NCBI RefSeq assembly: GCF_000181795.1
Contig: NW_003526943.1
Location: 2,427,666-2,491,665, forward strand
DNA: 64,000 nucleotides
Reading direction: 5' to 3'
Source: Trichinella spiralis
Taxonomy: Eukaryota
Shown piece by piece: positions 1 to 11,971 of the stretch (positions within the stretch are counted from its first letter, which is position 1; each line of letters begins with the position of its first letter). A model generated the notes under the pieces. That model was given only the letters and a program-made list of their open reading frames with translations. It made no database searches and was not told the origin of the DNA. The position numbers were made by a program, and so were the translations under genes.

Positions 1-129
1 CTAGGAGAGAGAAAGGATATTATTATAGGAGAAGAAGAAGAAGAAAGTGAGACGAAAAATACCGAACAAACACAATTAAGCAGAAAAAAGAAAGACAGAT
101 AGAAAGAAAGCAATAAATTAATTTTCCAA

Positions 130-2517
130 TCAAATACTCCTGAGCATTGCTTCGATTGTTCTAGCGTTGTGTTTGTCGTTTTCGTTGCAAACGCAGTCCT
201 TCACTTTGGATATCAGCTGTTCCAGCTGGCTGGTTTTGGCCAAAATGACCAATGGTCTGTCACCCCAGAGCAGTGTCAGCATGAGTTGCAAAATGCCGGC
301 CAACTCCGCCTCTTCAATAAGCCTCGACGTGGTTCCAAGTTGCTGCTGCAGCCGTTCCGTGATCATGTTCAGCATGTTGCTCTTCCGTTCATACCGTACG
401 TCGTCGTCCATCTCGTGCTGGTGGTAGACGTAGGCGTAGTTGGCCAAAGCGGCAACGGCGGCCATCCTGGCCGATTTCTTCTCACCTTGCAGAGCATCCA
501 CCAATACCGGCATGCAGATGTGCTCGCAGTCGAGCATCGACTGCCGGGATGCTTTGTAGAGGAACGAGTTGGCAAAGAGACGGCAGACGACCGTCTGAAA
601 TTGGCTGTAATTGGGGGAATGTTTGTCGGACACCAGCGAGCAGAGGAAGCTCAACAAGTGCCGGTCGGCGTCGACGAAAAACTGCTCACATCCGGTGCCG
701 TCCAAAATGACAAGCCTCAATAAGTCGATCACCGGAACCAGATGTTCAGTCGGCCAGCGAAGCATCTTGTCCACCAATGGGAAATGGTTCCTGTTCGGTT
801 TGCACGGTTTGGTGCTGAGCAATTTTTCCAACGAGTCCATCTCTGACGAACTGATTCGAGCATCCTCTTCTAGCAGCGCTTCGTTGAACTCTTTCAGCTT
901 GCTAATTAGCTGCTTGGCGCTGAAGCTGTCCACCACTTGGTAACGTCGAAGCGGTATGTCGTCACTGACCGGCTTCAACGGGTCCAAATTTTCGACCACA
1001 TTCTGCGTGGGCACGTAACGACCGGCACCGGTCAGCGGATCCGAACCGTCCTGGTCAGAATTGCCAGTCCAGGCGACTGAAGCTGGGCGTGGCTGCTCTT
1101 GGCCTACAGTGTTCTTTTCGATAAAACTGACCACTTGGTTGAAATAAGCTTGCGGCAAATTGTGCTTGCGAATGAACGTCTGGGCTACGTGATGCACATC
1201 GTCGCCGATGTTGTACGGTAATTTGATCGGCGGATGACCGTCTGCAATGTCCACGTCAAACACATAGTCGTACTCTTTGCCGAGATAGGTCGGCTTGGCT
1301 TTCGGCTGATCGGGAGTGCCGACAATATCGCCCAATTTCAGCCAACGCTGTTCCACACTGGACCACTGGTACAATTCTGCTTGGTTGTTGTTGTTGCGAT
1401 TCAGTATCATTTTCGTGGCGCCGTCCCTATTGCCCGGTTCGTTCAAAGCTTCCAAGCCGGGCAGGTCGGTCTTTTTCAAATTGCCGATCATCTCTTCGGC
1501 TTTGGTGGCGATTTGGAAACGTGCCAGCTCAAGCTCGTATTCTATAACTCTTGCCTCGTCGACCGTCGAATCGGCTTTGTTGGGTGTAAAAATGCGGACA
1601 ACGGCGTCGTTGCACGCGCAAGCAATATCCCCGTTCGACAACGCGCACACTGCCCAGACAGTTTGACAGGGCAATTGGATAGTCTGCAGGCAGGCGCCGG
1701 TGTTGGGATCCCATATACGAACGGTGTGATCCTCACTAGCGGAGGCGAACCAGCAGGACGAACCGAAACTGCTCGTCAGCGAATAGACGTAGTGCTCGTG
1801 AGCGTAGTAGACGCGCGTGCACTGACCACTGTCCAAGTTCCACATGCGGCAGGTGTGGTCGTTGGAACAGGATAAAAACGATCGGCCGTCGGCCAGGACC
1901 GCCAAATCTCGAACACAGTCCTCGTGTCCTTGGAACGTAGTCGTGATGACGCCATCTTGCCAAAGCTTGATCGTCTTGTCCGCCGAACCGGACAGTAAGT
2001 CGCCGGAATCGGAATTCAGAAAAATGACCGCCCAAACTGGCAGCGTGTGGCCGAACAGTGCAGTCGACTGACCGTCCTGTTTCCACAGTCGAATCGTACA
2101 GTCCCAAGAAGCGCTGGCGAACCAACCTCGTGTCGGATGACAAGCCAACGAGCAGACCGTATTCGTGTGACCAAGGAACACTCGGATCAACTCCAGACTT
2201 TCCGGATCGTAAGCTCGAATGATCGCGTCTTTTCCTGACGCCAACAAAGCCCCGGCGGCTGACCAATCGTCGCCAACGGCCGGCATCATCGCTATTGACG
2301 AAATGAAACCGTCCGATTCGTCGATTGTAGTTTGAAGCTCAAAATCTGAGGACTTTTCAACCCAACGACGCCAAATTTTCAGCTTGCAATCACGAGAGCC
2401 AGTCGCCAGTATCTGACGACCGTCATCGCCGCTGGTCAACTCGCACAAGCAGCGCACATCTTTCGAATGGCCATGCAACGCACCGCGATATACAAACATC
2501 TCACTTTCGTCAGGCAT
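130..2517 (-). CDS. PLAA: Phospholipase A2-activating protein / Doa1 / Ufd3 (WD40-PFU-PUL, Cdc48/p97 ubiquitin adaptor), single exon, 795 aa
   Basis: N-terminal WD40 repeats (GHSKDVR, GHTNTVCSL..SASWDCTIRLW, GHEDCVRDL), PFU signature 'YLGKEYDYVFDVDI..PPIKLPYN', and a C-terminal PUL helical region ('WPTEHLVPVIDLLRL'). The ORF is uninterrupted. Confidence 0.96.
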   Translation of the reverse strand: MPDESEMFVYRGALHGHSKDVRCLCELTSGDDGRQILATGSRDCKLKIWRRWVEKSSDFELQTTIDESDGFISSIAMMPAVGDDWSAAGALLASGKDAIIRAYDPESLELIRVFLGHTNTVCSLACHPTRGWFASASWDCTIRLWKQDGQSTALFGHTLPVWAVIFLNSDSGDLLSGSADKTIKLWQDGVITTTFQGHEDCVRDLAVLADGRSFLSCSNDHTCRMWNLDSGQCTRVYYAHEHYVYSLTSSFGSSCWFASASEDHTVRIWDPNTGACLQTIQLPCQTVWAVCALSNGDIACACNDAVVRIFTPNKADSTVDEARVIEYELELARFQIATKAEEMIGNLKKTDLPGLEALNEPGNRDGATKMILNRNNNNQAELYQWSSVEQRWLKLGDIVGTPDQPKAKPTYLGKEYDYVFDVDIADGHPPIKLPYNIGDDVHHVAQTFIRKHNLPQAYFNQVVSFIEKNTVGQEQPRPASVAWTGNSDQDGSDPLTGAGRYVPTQNVVENLDPLKPVSDDIPLRRYQVVDSFSAKQLISKLKEFNEALLEEDARISSSEMDSLEKLLSTKPCKPNRNHFPLVDKMLRWPTEHLVPVIDLLRLVILDGTGCEQFFVDADRHLLSFLCSLVSDKHSPNYSQFQTVVCRLFANSFLYKASRQSMLDCEHICMPVLVDALQGEKKSARMAAVAALANYAYVYHQHEMDDDVRYERKSNMLNMITERLQQQLGTTSRLIEEAELAGILQLMLTLLWGDRPLVILAKTSQLEQLISKVKDCVCNENDKHNARTIEAMLRSI

Positions 2518-4138
2518 AATTTATTTTTTGTCTAAATATTTGATCCAAATCAGCAATCAACTCGAAATGGAACTTTTTCATCAAAAAAATTATCCAATAA
2601 ATGCAACATAAAAAGAACAACTGTCTAATACTGAAACATTCCTTAAAATCTTGTTGGTCACCTTCAATCATACTTCCAATGCATATTCAACTGAATTGTA
2701 TCTGTTGAATGAATGAGAAGATTTTGCTGAATGAATTGAAAAAGAAGCACTTCATCAAAATTATTCTGGATGAAAAAAGTTAAAATTAATAATTGAATGC
2801 ATCAAGCAAGCTAAAATGACAATTCTTCGTATCAATTTTTCCAAATCGGAATAATAAATCCAATTTGAAATTACAACTGACTTTTATAAACTGAATTAAA
2901 AAATAACAACTTTTACATGCTAATACATTTTTAAAATCACACGTGAACAACTGGAATTTAGAAAATTACCTCCTTTCATATTGCTAATTTTGAAAAAATC
3001 TTTAAAAATAAGACAAACTAGGACATTTGAGCCGATTTCGAAACACCAATTTCAACAAATAAAAACACAGAAGCGCAAATAGATTTAAATAAAATTTTCA
3101 TCTCACTTGACAAATTTCCTTTTCGATCCCCTGAAATGTGTAAGACAGTTGTCAAAATTTTCCAAAATAACAAAACTACAGTATTGTGCAGTTTTCTGTA
3201 AAAGAAAAACTAGGTAATAATGTTCTAAATTTTTCTCATTTCGTTTTTGTGAATGAAATCTGAAAATGATCCATTTCACATTTTACCTCTTCAGATGCAA
3301 TTTTAGAATTCGTTCATTTTTACGGGTCTTCATTTCGTGAAGTCTATTTTAGTATTTGTGCTACAATTTGGTTCTCGTAAGGTTGTTAATTGAAAACGAG
3401 TTTTTCAACTTGTGAAGATTGCGAAAAAAATTCTATATTTAGCAAGAAAATTATCATTAATTTTACACTTTTTTAAAATTTATTTCACCATCTGTTTCAA
3501 TGTTGAATTATATTTTTGAAATTGCAATTCATTGAAATAGTTATGAAAAAAGAAATTTTAAATTTTAGCAGTTTCTCAAAGTTAATTTTTTGTTGAAAGT
3601 TATGTTACAGTAATTTTTGTAAATAAAATTACATTTCAAGAAATAAATATCAAAGTAAATTTTTTCGGTAAATTTATTTCAAATAGTATTTTACAAAAGA
3701 GGAGCCTGCTTTCATTTAAAATTAAGATATTCTACCTTATTTTAATTTTACTGTATTAAGATTATGAGCTTCATTAAGTTGCTTTGAATGTAGAAATAAT
3801 TGCTTTAAAACAAACAATTAATTTCATTTATGACATAAAAAAGCAAACGCGAATCAGTTATTTTCAAATTAATGTTGTTTTCACACTGACAAGAAGAAAG
3901 TTAAAATCATGCTGGTCTATCTTTTATAATTGATGATTTTATGGTTGATAATTTGGAGATTAGTTTTCTTTTTTTCTTTACATTTTTAAAAGTTGAATTT
4001 TCTTCTTTGAATTGATTGTAAAAGTGTTTTGTGCGAATTTAATAATGCATTTTAATGAAATGTTATGAATTTTTTCGGTGTTGCATGAAGTTTCATCTTT
4101 TTAAGGGCAATTTCCATCCTTTTGCCACCAGAAGTGCC

Positions 4139-5733
4139 ATGTTTAAGCTGTCTAGCTTGTTACCGAAATGTAAGTTGTTTCTTAATTTTTCCGTATTAAA
4201 CCCCCAAAAAAGCAGATTTAATGTTTTTATCTCTTGAAATGCTGTTCAAGGTGTTTAATTGTATGTGAAGATGATGCAAATTATTATTAAAGTTTGTTGT
4301 TTTAAATTTAATTTGTTGCATTTTTAAATTTGTTAATTCGTTCGTGGTAATTTTAATTGAATTTTCAACCGTCAGGTCAACGTTTTCCATCTGTTCGTTC
4401 GTCAGCGCTGTTTTGCAGAGAGAACGACGAGAACGCAATCTGCTTAAGAAAGTAAGCACCTTGTGAAAACGGTTTATTGTAATAAAAATCTCTTCTTCTC
4501 TCTTTCTTTGTTCTCCAGTGAACATTGCAGCATTGTCACGGCAAATCATTTTTATTCCAATTATTGTTTTCGTTTTTTCAATGAAAAAGTCAACTCTGGC
4601 AATGGATCTTCTGCAAAAGAAAAGCACTGCGACGGTGCCAGTAGCAATTGTTTTCCCAGAACTCTTTCTAAAGTAATAAAATTTATCTATTCTTTTTTTT
4701 TCATTTTTTTACTGCTTCAAAACTTCTTCTTGTATATAGTATGCGGTTCTGTTGCTTGGCTATCAGCTCAGCCAATACATCGAGGTGTATCGGTCACGTC
4801 GGAATCAGCATTTCGTTTGCTTTTGTTTTGTCAAAGAAAATTTGTACAATTTGTTGAACACCATTTTGTGTTCAAGTCGTACAATTGCTCATCGTGTTTT
4901 ACCTCTGTCTTTGGCAAACAATGTTGAATTGAAGCATCCCAACAACAATGCATCATCTTCATCCGACAACTTTCCACAGTTACGTTGCATTGTTCACGAC
5001 GCAGCTGTACAAACCGATACGAATTTCCTCGTAATCGAAAAGCATTGTTTCTGTATGCATTTGGATTTGAAGCATTTTTTTTGGAATTTAGAACATCGAT
5101 CGTTTGATCAGTGAATGCAGTGATTGCTTGAACAAAGAACTCGAAGCCAGACTTTATTATTTGATCGGTCTCGACTTGTTGCATGTGAATTTGTACGAAA
5201 AAGCGTTGGATTACTTGTTAAAGTCTTGCAAGTACAATTATTCCAAAGCGTTGTACAACGTCGGCTTGTGTTATTACAAAGGATACGGTTGTGTTCAGTC
5301 GGATGAAAAGGTTCATTTTTTTTGCTCCATTTCTGCATTTGTTTTTCCATTAAAAAATATCCACTTACTGTTAAGGCAGTGAAATTTTGGAATTCTGCCG
5401 CCGAAAGAGGCAACGGTTTGGCAATGTATCAACTCGGTGTAGTCTATTTGAAAGGTTTGGCTGGCTTGAAATGCAACGCTGAATTGGGATTAGCTTATAT
5501 GAACAGAGCAGCCGAATCGGGGGTTGTTGAGGTGAATTTTATTTCATTTTATTCCATATTTATTGTTAACAATTAATTATTCGACTATTTATCAGGCCAA
5601 AACTTATTTGGGCGCATTGCTGTTCAAATCCGGTGATAATCAGGGTGCGTTGAATTTGTGGAAAGAAGCGGCTTCGTGTGGTCACGAAGAGGCAAAGCAT
5701 TTTTTGGAATCGAATTTTTCTACACAGTGCTGA
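4139..5733 (+). CDS. DELE1: Sel1-like repeat protein, DELE1 (death ligand signal enhancer)-like; about 7 exons, start codon uncertain
   Basis: Spliced by eye: MFKLSSLLPK/CQRFPSVRSS.../YAVLLLGYQLSQYI.../...NYSKALYNVGLCYYKGYGCVQSDEK/AVKFWNSAAERGNGLAMYQLGVVYLKG.../AKTYLGALLF...GHEEAKHFL...QC* (TGA 5731-5733). The Sel1 repeats are clear. Orthology rests on recalled similarity to the DELE1 'YSKAQYNAGLC' repeat and its N-terminal hydrophobic patch. Confidence 0.65.
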
Positions 5734-6372
5734 ATTTAAAAGAAGAACTGTATTTTGTCTGCACAGTGTGTTAATTGCTTTTTCTTCTCAACTTGGTGCA
5801 CCTTAGTTACGGTGAAAGATTGATTGCTATGTTCTTTTTACAGCTAGCTTTTAATAAATACGTATGTATGTATGTATATGTATCGAATTGTAGAAAATTG
5901 AAGAAAATATCTACCAATATTTTTTGTATTACTTTACATGAAAACAAAATTTATTATTTTATTAATATCGAAACAAATTCAACTTGGTGCACGTGGACAA
6001 CACGAGCACGTTCAATATTCATTCATTCAACACTGCGTGGTTGTAAATTTATATTATTCCTATCAGCTGGCCTAAAATAGTAGTAATAGCAGCAGCTGTT
6101 GCTGTTCAGCATTCGAGCAGAAAAAAAAGACTAACCACTGTTGGAACATTTTTCTCCACGCCAAACAAAACTAATGTTCTTAAATGGCACATGTATGAAA
6201 AAAAAGAAAACAAAACATTCAACAAATAAACAAACAAACAAACAAAAATATATAATATACTAAAAAAAAACAAACAGGAAAAGATGATCGAACAAAATAC
6301 ACAGGCAAGTAGGTTTTTTTGATATAAATATGGGTATAAATAAATGGGCATTTTTACGAAACGAAATTTCAT

Positions 6373-9300
6373 TCAGCCTTGTTGAAGAGATTTGCTAAAT
6401 GCAGCTGCATTGAATGCTTTGTCGTATTGTTTTTTAGTCGATTCCAAATCATCCGTGGTACCACCTGTTGACGCGGTCAGGCGATCCTTTCCTGCCATGC
6501 TGCGTCGACCACGACCACCATTATCCGCAGGAATAGCTGCTGCTGCTGCTGCTGCTGCTGCTGGTTGTGGTTGTGGTGGTGGTATTTGTATTTGATTACC
6601 ATTTGATGATATTCGACATGCCGTCGACTCTGCCCCTCTGTCCAGTGTTAACAGATCGATCAACTGATCCGGAGCCATGGATAGTAGGGATTTGTTCTCG
6701 TCGCCGATCACCGTGTCGGCCATGAAATTTTTGAACTTCTGAAATCGCATAATTTTCTCTTCCAAAGTCCCTTGGCTGATCAGCCGGTAAACGTTCACAG
6801 TTCTCGTTTGACCAATACGGTGGGCTCGGTCCATCGCCTGAATATCCCGACACGGATTCCAGTCGTGGTCGAAAAATATCACCACATCCGCCCCGGTCAA
6901 ATTCAATCCCAAACCGCCAATTTGTGTGGTCAAAATTAACAAATCGATCGACGGATCTGAATTGAACTGCTGCGCCAGCTCTTGTCGACGTTCCGGTTCC
7001 ACTGAACCGTCCATTTTCAAAAACGATATACCCTTGCCAAAGTATCCTCGGGTGAAGAAAGTGCACAACAAATTCAACGCACTTTTGTACTGACAAAATA
7101 TCAACGCTCGGTGTGCACTTATTCCATTGGATTGCTGAAAAATATTTTTTAAAATGGATAAAAACATAAAAAAACAGTATACAGATAAACAAAAAATAAA
7201 TCTACCACTGCATCACAGTCTGCCAAATTTGAACTGCCGATGCTACATTCGGACAAAAGTTGCTTCAGTGCTTGCATTTTGCCAGAATAGCTGATATCGT
7301 TCAATTGTTGAACATCGTTCAAATGGAGCTTGTCCAAAGTCGACTGCATGAGGTCAGGTTCGCTGTCGGTGACCAAAAGTGGATGACTGCACAATTTTCT
7401 CAAATAGGTGAGAATGGAAAATGTGATCCCTTTTCTCGATTCTCTTCCAACAGCAGCCGATGCAACTTTCTCTTGTACTTCATCCGAATACGCTTGGTAC
7501 AATTCTTGTTGCACTGGTGACAGAGAACAGTAATAATCTTGTATAATTTTCGGCGGCAAATCACGACAAACATCCACCTTTTTTCTTCTCAAAATAAACG
7601 GCAGCACCTGTGAAAAGAGAAAAAAAAACAAATATATATATATATCTTTTTAAAAGTGAATCAATCGATTCATCAAATAATAATTCACCTGCTTGTGGAG
7701 ATCTTCGAGCGCTTTTTTCCCAGCATGCGCTTCGGCTGACGTTGCTTTGGAATCTCGACTTTGGCATATTGGTTTCAAATAACGCTGTTGAAATTGTTGC
7801 AACGTGCCCAAATAGCCCGGCATTAGAAATTCGAACAGTGACCACAATTCGCCGACACTGTTCTGAACCGGCGTGCCGGTCAGTATCAATCGATGTTCTG
7901 CGTGGATTTGCAAAGCAGCTTTAAAAAGTTGCGTTTTGTGATTACGAATCACATGTCCTTCATCAAGAATACAATAGAACCAATGCTTGTCAAACAGTAG
8001 TTCATTTTCACGTCTCAAACTTTCGTACGAAGCAACAAGTACGTTGCATTTTTCCAATTCCTGCAGAAAATCTTTCCATATGATAATTAACAGTTTTAAA
8101 TCAAGAGGTTATTATTTTAAAAAAATATTAATTTTCAAAACTCACCTCCACATTGTCAAAGTCCAACGTAGTGACGTAGAAATCGGCCGTGCAATGGCCG
8201 AAAAATTTGTTCGCTTCCGCTACCCAGTGCTTCACCAACGTTTTCGGACAAAGTATCAAAGACACGTTGTTTGTCGAATTCACCTTCTCCTCGTTGTTGT
8301 TGTTGTTGCTGCTCATCCGCTGAGCCATGTACAAAATGCACAACGTCTGCAATGTTTTGCCCAAACCCATCTCGTCCGACAAAATTCCGTGCAGGGAATA
8401 ATTTTTCAAAAAAGTCAACCATGTCACACCTTCTTTTTGATACGGTCTCAGTTCGCCTTCGAGAATCGACGGCAATTTCACCAGTGGTAAAGCCGTTGGA
8501 TTGCACAGAAGAGAAAAAAACTGACACCGCTCTTTTTGCAAGGCGATCAATTCTGGACAAAGACCCTGCAATGCCCCTTCACCGCCTTCCAACGGCATCA
8601 ATTGCACCAATGAACCGAAACAATCGCACGCACATTCCCTGAAATGAATTTCAAAAATATTTTAATTCCAACAGAATAAAATAAAATTTATTTTTCCAAA
8701 CCTGATCGTACGGTGTGAAACCATCATCTTCGGCAAAATTGCAGAAGCCAAAATGCGAATCACCCCGTTCAACTGGTGGCCCACACTTTGGACCAGGCAA
8801 TAGATCACTTCGACCGGTCCAAGACAAGCTTCCAATAATCCTTCTCGAGCTTTTTCCAACTTGGGCAAGATGTTCGGCAACAGTAAATTCAACGTCAAAA
8901 CTAAATCTGACTCTGCGAATACTGTCAAACAGTTGCAAACCGCCTGCCGGAGCACGCAACAATTCGACGCCAACAATTCACAGCACACTGGTACCGTTCT
9001 TTGGCACAAATCTCGACGAATATTCTGTTCCAAACATCCATAGACGGTTTTTATTGTCTGAAAAATGGAAAAAAATATAATATATAACAAATCATGAACA
9101 GATGAAAAATTACCAAAAGTGCAGTTAACAATTGAACCGAAGTGTCGGTTTGGTCCTGTTGTTGCTGCTGCTGCTGCATGGGATTGAATAGAATATCGTA
9201 AAGCGGTGTCGACATTTCGGCCAGTCGATGCTGGTGATCGTTGACAATACGAACGAGCACTTTCGACGCGTTGGCAGCGGCCTGCATATCCAGAGCCTGT

Positions 9301-11971
9301 TCCTCTTGCCATTGTTCCAACTGCTGTTGGCCAACATCCCGTCCAATAATTGTTCTACTCAAAATACAACAGCCTCGACAAGTACCGTCGGCGCGGTGGG
9401 CACGAAGCCGCTTGTCGGCACCGAGCAGTGTGGTCAAATTTTTGACAATTTTCCCATTCGGAGCCGGCAGTCGGTCTTTGCAAAGCGACAACAACAACGA
9501 CAAACAACAAGCAACCTGGTCGACCAACAAACATCCGTCATCTGACTGGCGTACATATTCCATCAGCGGTTTGATCAACGGATTCAACCGCGGCGGCAGT
9601 TGGCCGAACAGCACTCCAGCGCAGCAAGTCAACACTTTCACTTCTTGCAACGTGCTCTGCAAGTCGGTGGCGATGGACAAGATCTGCTCTTGCAAACTTT
9701 CGCCTCGAATCCGCAGGTCCGAATCGACCGGAACCAACTGACCCAAAGTTGCCATCAGACTGAGACAACGTTGAACAGCTTCGGCCGGCGAAAAAGCAAC
9801 CATGGTCGATTGGATCATTGGAGGAGAAGATTCTGGCCGTGATTCGCCTCCTTCTCCGACCAGACTTTCCAATTCTGAACACAATGAATTGAGCTGAGTC
9901 AATTTGCCAACAGTTTCGTCGTAGACGATCAGCTCGGTTTCAGCAAGCATATGCAACTTTTCCCTCAAACTGGCGTTGGAAAATTGTCCAAATTCTTCAT
10001 CCACGGCTGCCCATTCGCACAGTGTCAAACAAGCTGCCGACTGTTGGTCAACGGAATTCGATTCCAAATAAAACTGGAACAACAATGGAACGCTTTGACA
10101 AAGCTCTTGCGACTGCTCGTCGCCTCGAACCCGTGAAATACACTTCAACAGTACAGCTAACAAGCCGGCAGCACGACGCTTAACCTAGAATCAAACGAAC
10201 GAACGAACAAATTAGTGGATTTAACGTTGCCAGGAAATTTTATGTTTTTTTTTTTGATTTTTTTGTTTTCACCCACCGACGTCCATACCTGCAACACAAC
10301 ACGACGACGTTCTTTGAGCGGAAGAGCCAACACCCCGTCGCCGCCGAGAAACACGCACCGCTTGCTGCCGACATATTCTTTGGGCAGCATTGGATTCGTC
10401 CACGGAACCATCAGCATTGCCATCCAATAGCTGAGCATCGAAGAGACGATTTTCAGCAGCAGAATTGGGTCCATTTTTTCGACCAATGAACACCAAAATT
10501 GCCGAAGCACCGCGAACACTTGTTCGTCCGGTTCAACCAAAGCTTTCGTGAACAGCGACGGCAAAAAGGCGCCCAAAATTCGGACCGCATTGTCCGCCAA
10601 CACCGTGGCCGGGGTCATTTCCACACTTTTCACCGCCAACGACAAGTACAAGCGACGAATATCAGCAATGCTGTGGTCGAGAAACGAGTTGTAAACGGCC
10701 AACGACAGCAAATCGACGCGAAAAGTTGGACAACAGTGCAAAATGTGCAACAAGCCTTTCAGAGATGCGTTGCTGTCGTCGTTGATGTAGTTGCCAAGTC
10801 GAGATTGGCACCTGCTGACCAAATCTGAGCTGAACACAGGAGCCGTCTCGAGCAGCTTTTCCACCACGCCGGATATCGCTTCCGCGGCCGCGATCACCAC
10901 ATCTTCGTTGTCGTCGTTCAGACAGTCCAACAGAGCCCGAATGAATTTCTCCGGAACCGACCGCCGCTCCTCTCCACCACCGTTGCCATAATAAGCGATC
11001 AGCATGTATTTGGCGGCCAGAAGACCGGCGTAACGACAACTCCACTCGTGACCAGTGTCCAGTTGCAAAAATTGCAAAACGACGTCGAAAAATTCGACTC
11101 GCATTTCGACCGGTGCCTGGCTGGTCACAACACCCACAGCTTGACAAATGGTCTCCCTGACCGGAGCGACAACCTGACTGCCGACAAAATCGCTGAACCG
11201 ATCCAACGCCAGAACGACAAACATGTGCTTCAAGATGTTCCGGTGGAACGGAGAAAATGGAACCACGGTCAACAGTTGCCTCAAACCCAAAGCAGCCCCG
11301 TGACGAACGGTCCAATCCGGCTTGTACAAATCGGAGCACAGTGTTTCACAAAATCGACACACGATCGACAAAAACAACCGGCCCTCTTCATCGGCACAGC
11401 TGAACACTAGCCGTTCATCTACGGGATCCAAATCCAACTTTGGCTTCTTCACAATGGCAACAGCGTCGGCATTTTCCACGCTCGGAGAGGTGATTTCAAA
11501 ATCAGAAGTCGACAAAAATTCCGACACGTTCAACTCGCCCACTGCGTCGCCAATCATCAACTGCTGCTTCACTATGCGCATCTGCTGGTCTTGGCTTTCC
11601 CTAATTTCGCAATTGTACTCGCTTTCGTCGCAAGAAAGAAGCGCACAACCCTGGGCCAGTGTATTCTTCAAATCGAACTTGAACTTATTGTTAATAAGCA
11701 TACTGGCTGCAGCTGGTGAAGCTGAACCACTCCACTTGCCCAACGAAACTCTGGCCAACTGACGAATCGCCTGCGCGGCACTTTCACGCACATCCCACTG
11801 CTTGCCAACCAGCAACTCGTGAATACGTTTCAGAAGTGATTCGAAAACGGCTGCATCGTTCACACAAGCGTCTCCAAGATTCGCACACGCGAGTTCACGC
11901 ACTACTTCATTTTTACACTTCAACAAAGCTAACAATTTTTCAACCCTACTCTGCGATTCTTCGTCTCCCAT
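6373..11971 (-). CDS. BTAF1: TATA-binding protein-associated factor 172 / Mot1 (HEAT repeats plus SNF2 ATPase), multi-exon
   Basis: Mot1 motifs 'WTVRHGAALGLR', 'LALDRFSDFVGSQVVAPVRET' and 'LPPRLNPLIKPLM'. SNF2 motifs 'LRPYQKEGVTWL', 'GILSDEMGLGKTLQ', 'ILDEGH', 'LTGTPVQN', 'GGLGLNLTGAD' and 'QAMDRAHRIGQ', spread over consecutive minus-strand exons. Confidence 0.96.

Noticed and set aside
167..2266. Many overlapping ORFs of 60-213 aa antisense or frame-shifted within PLAA (likewise within BTAF1 and the FGFR kinase exon)
   Set aside because: Shadow ORFs expected from GC-richer coding sequence, with no recognisable motifs.
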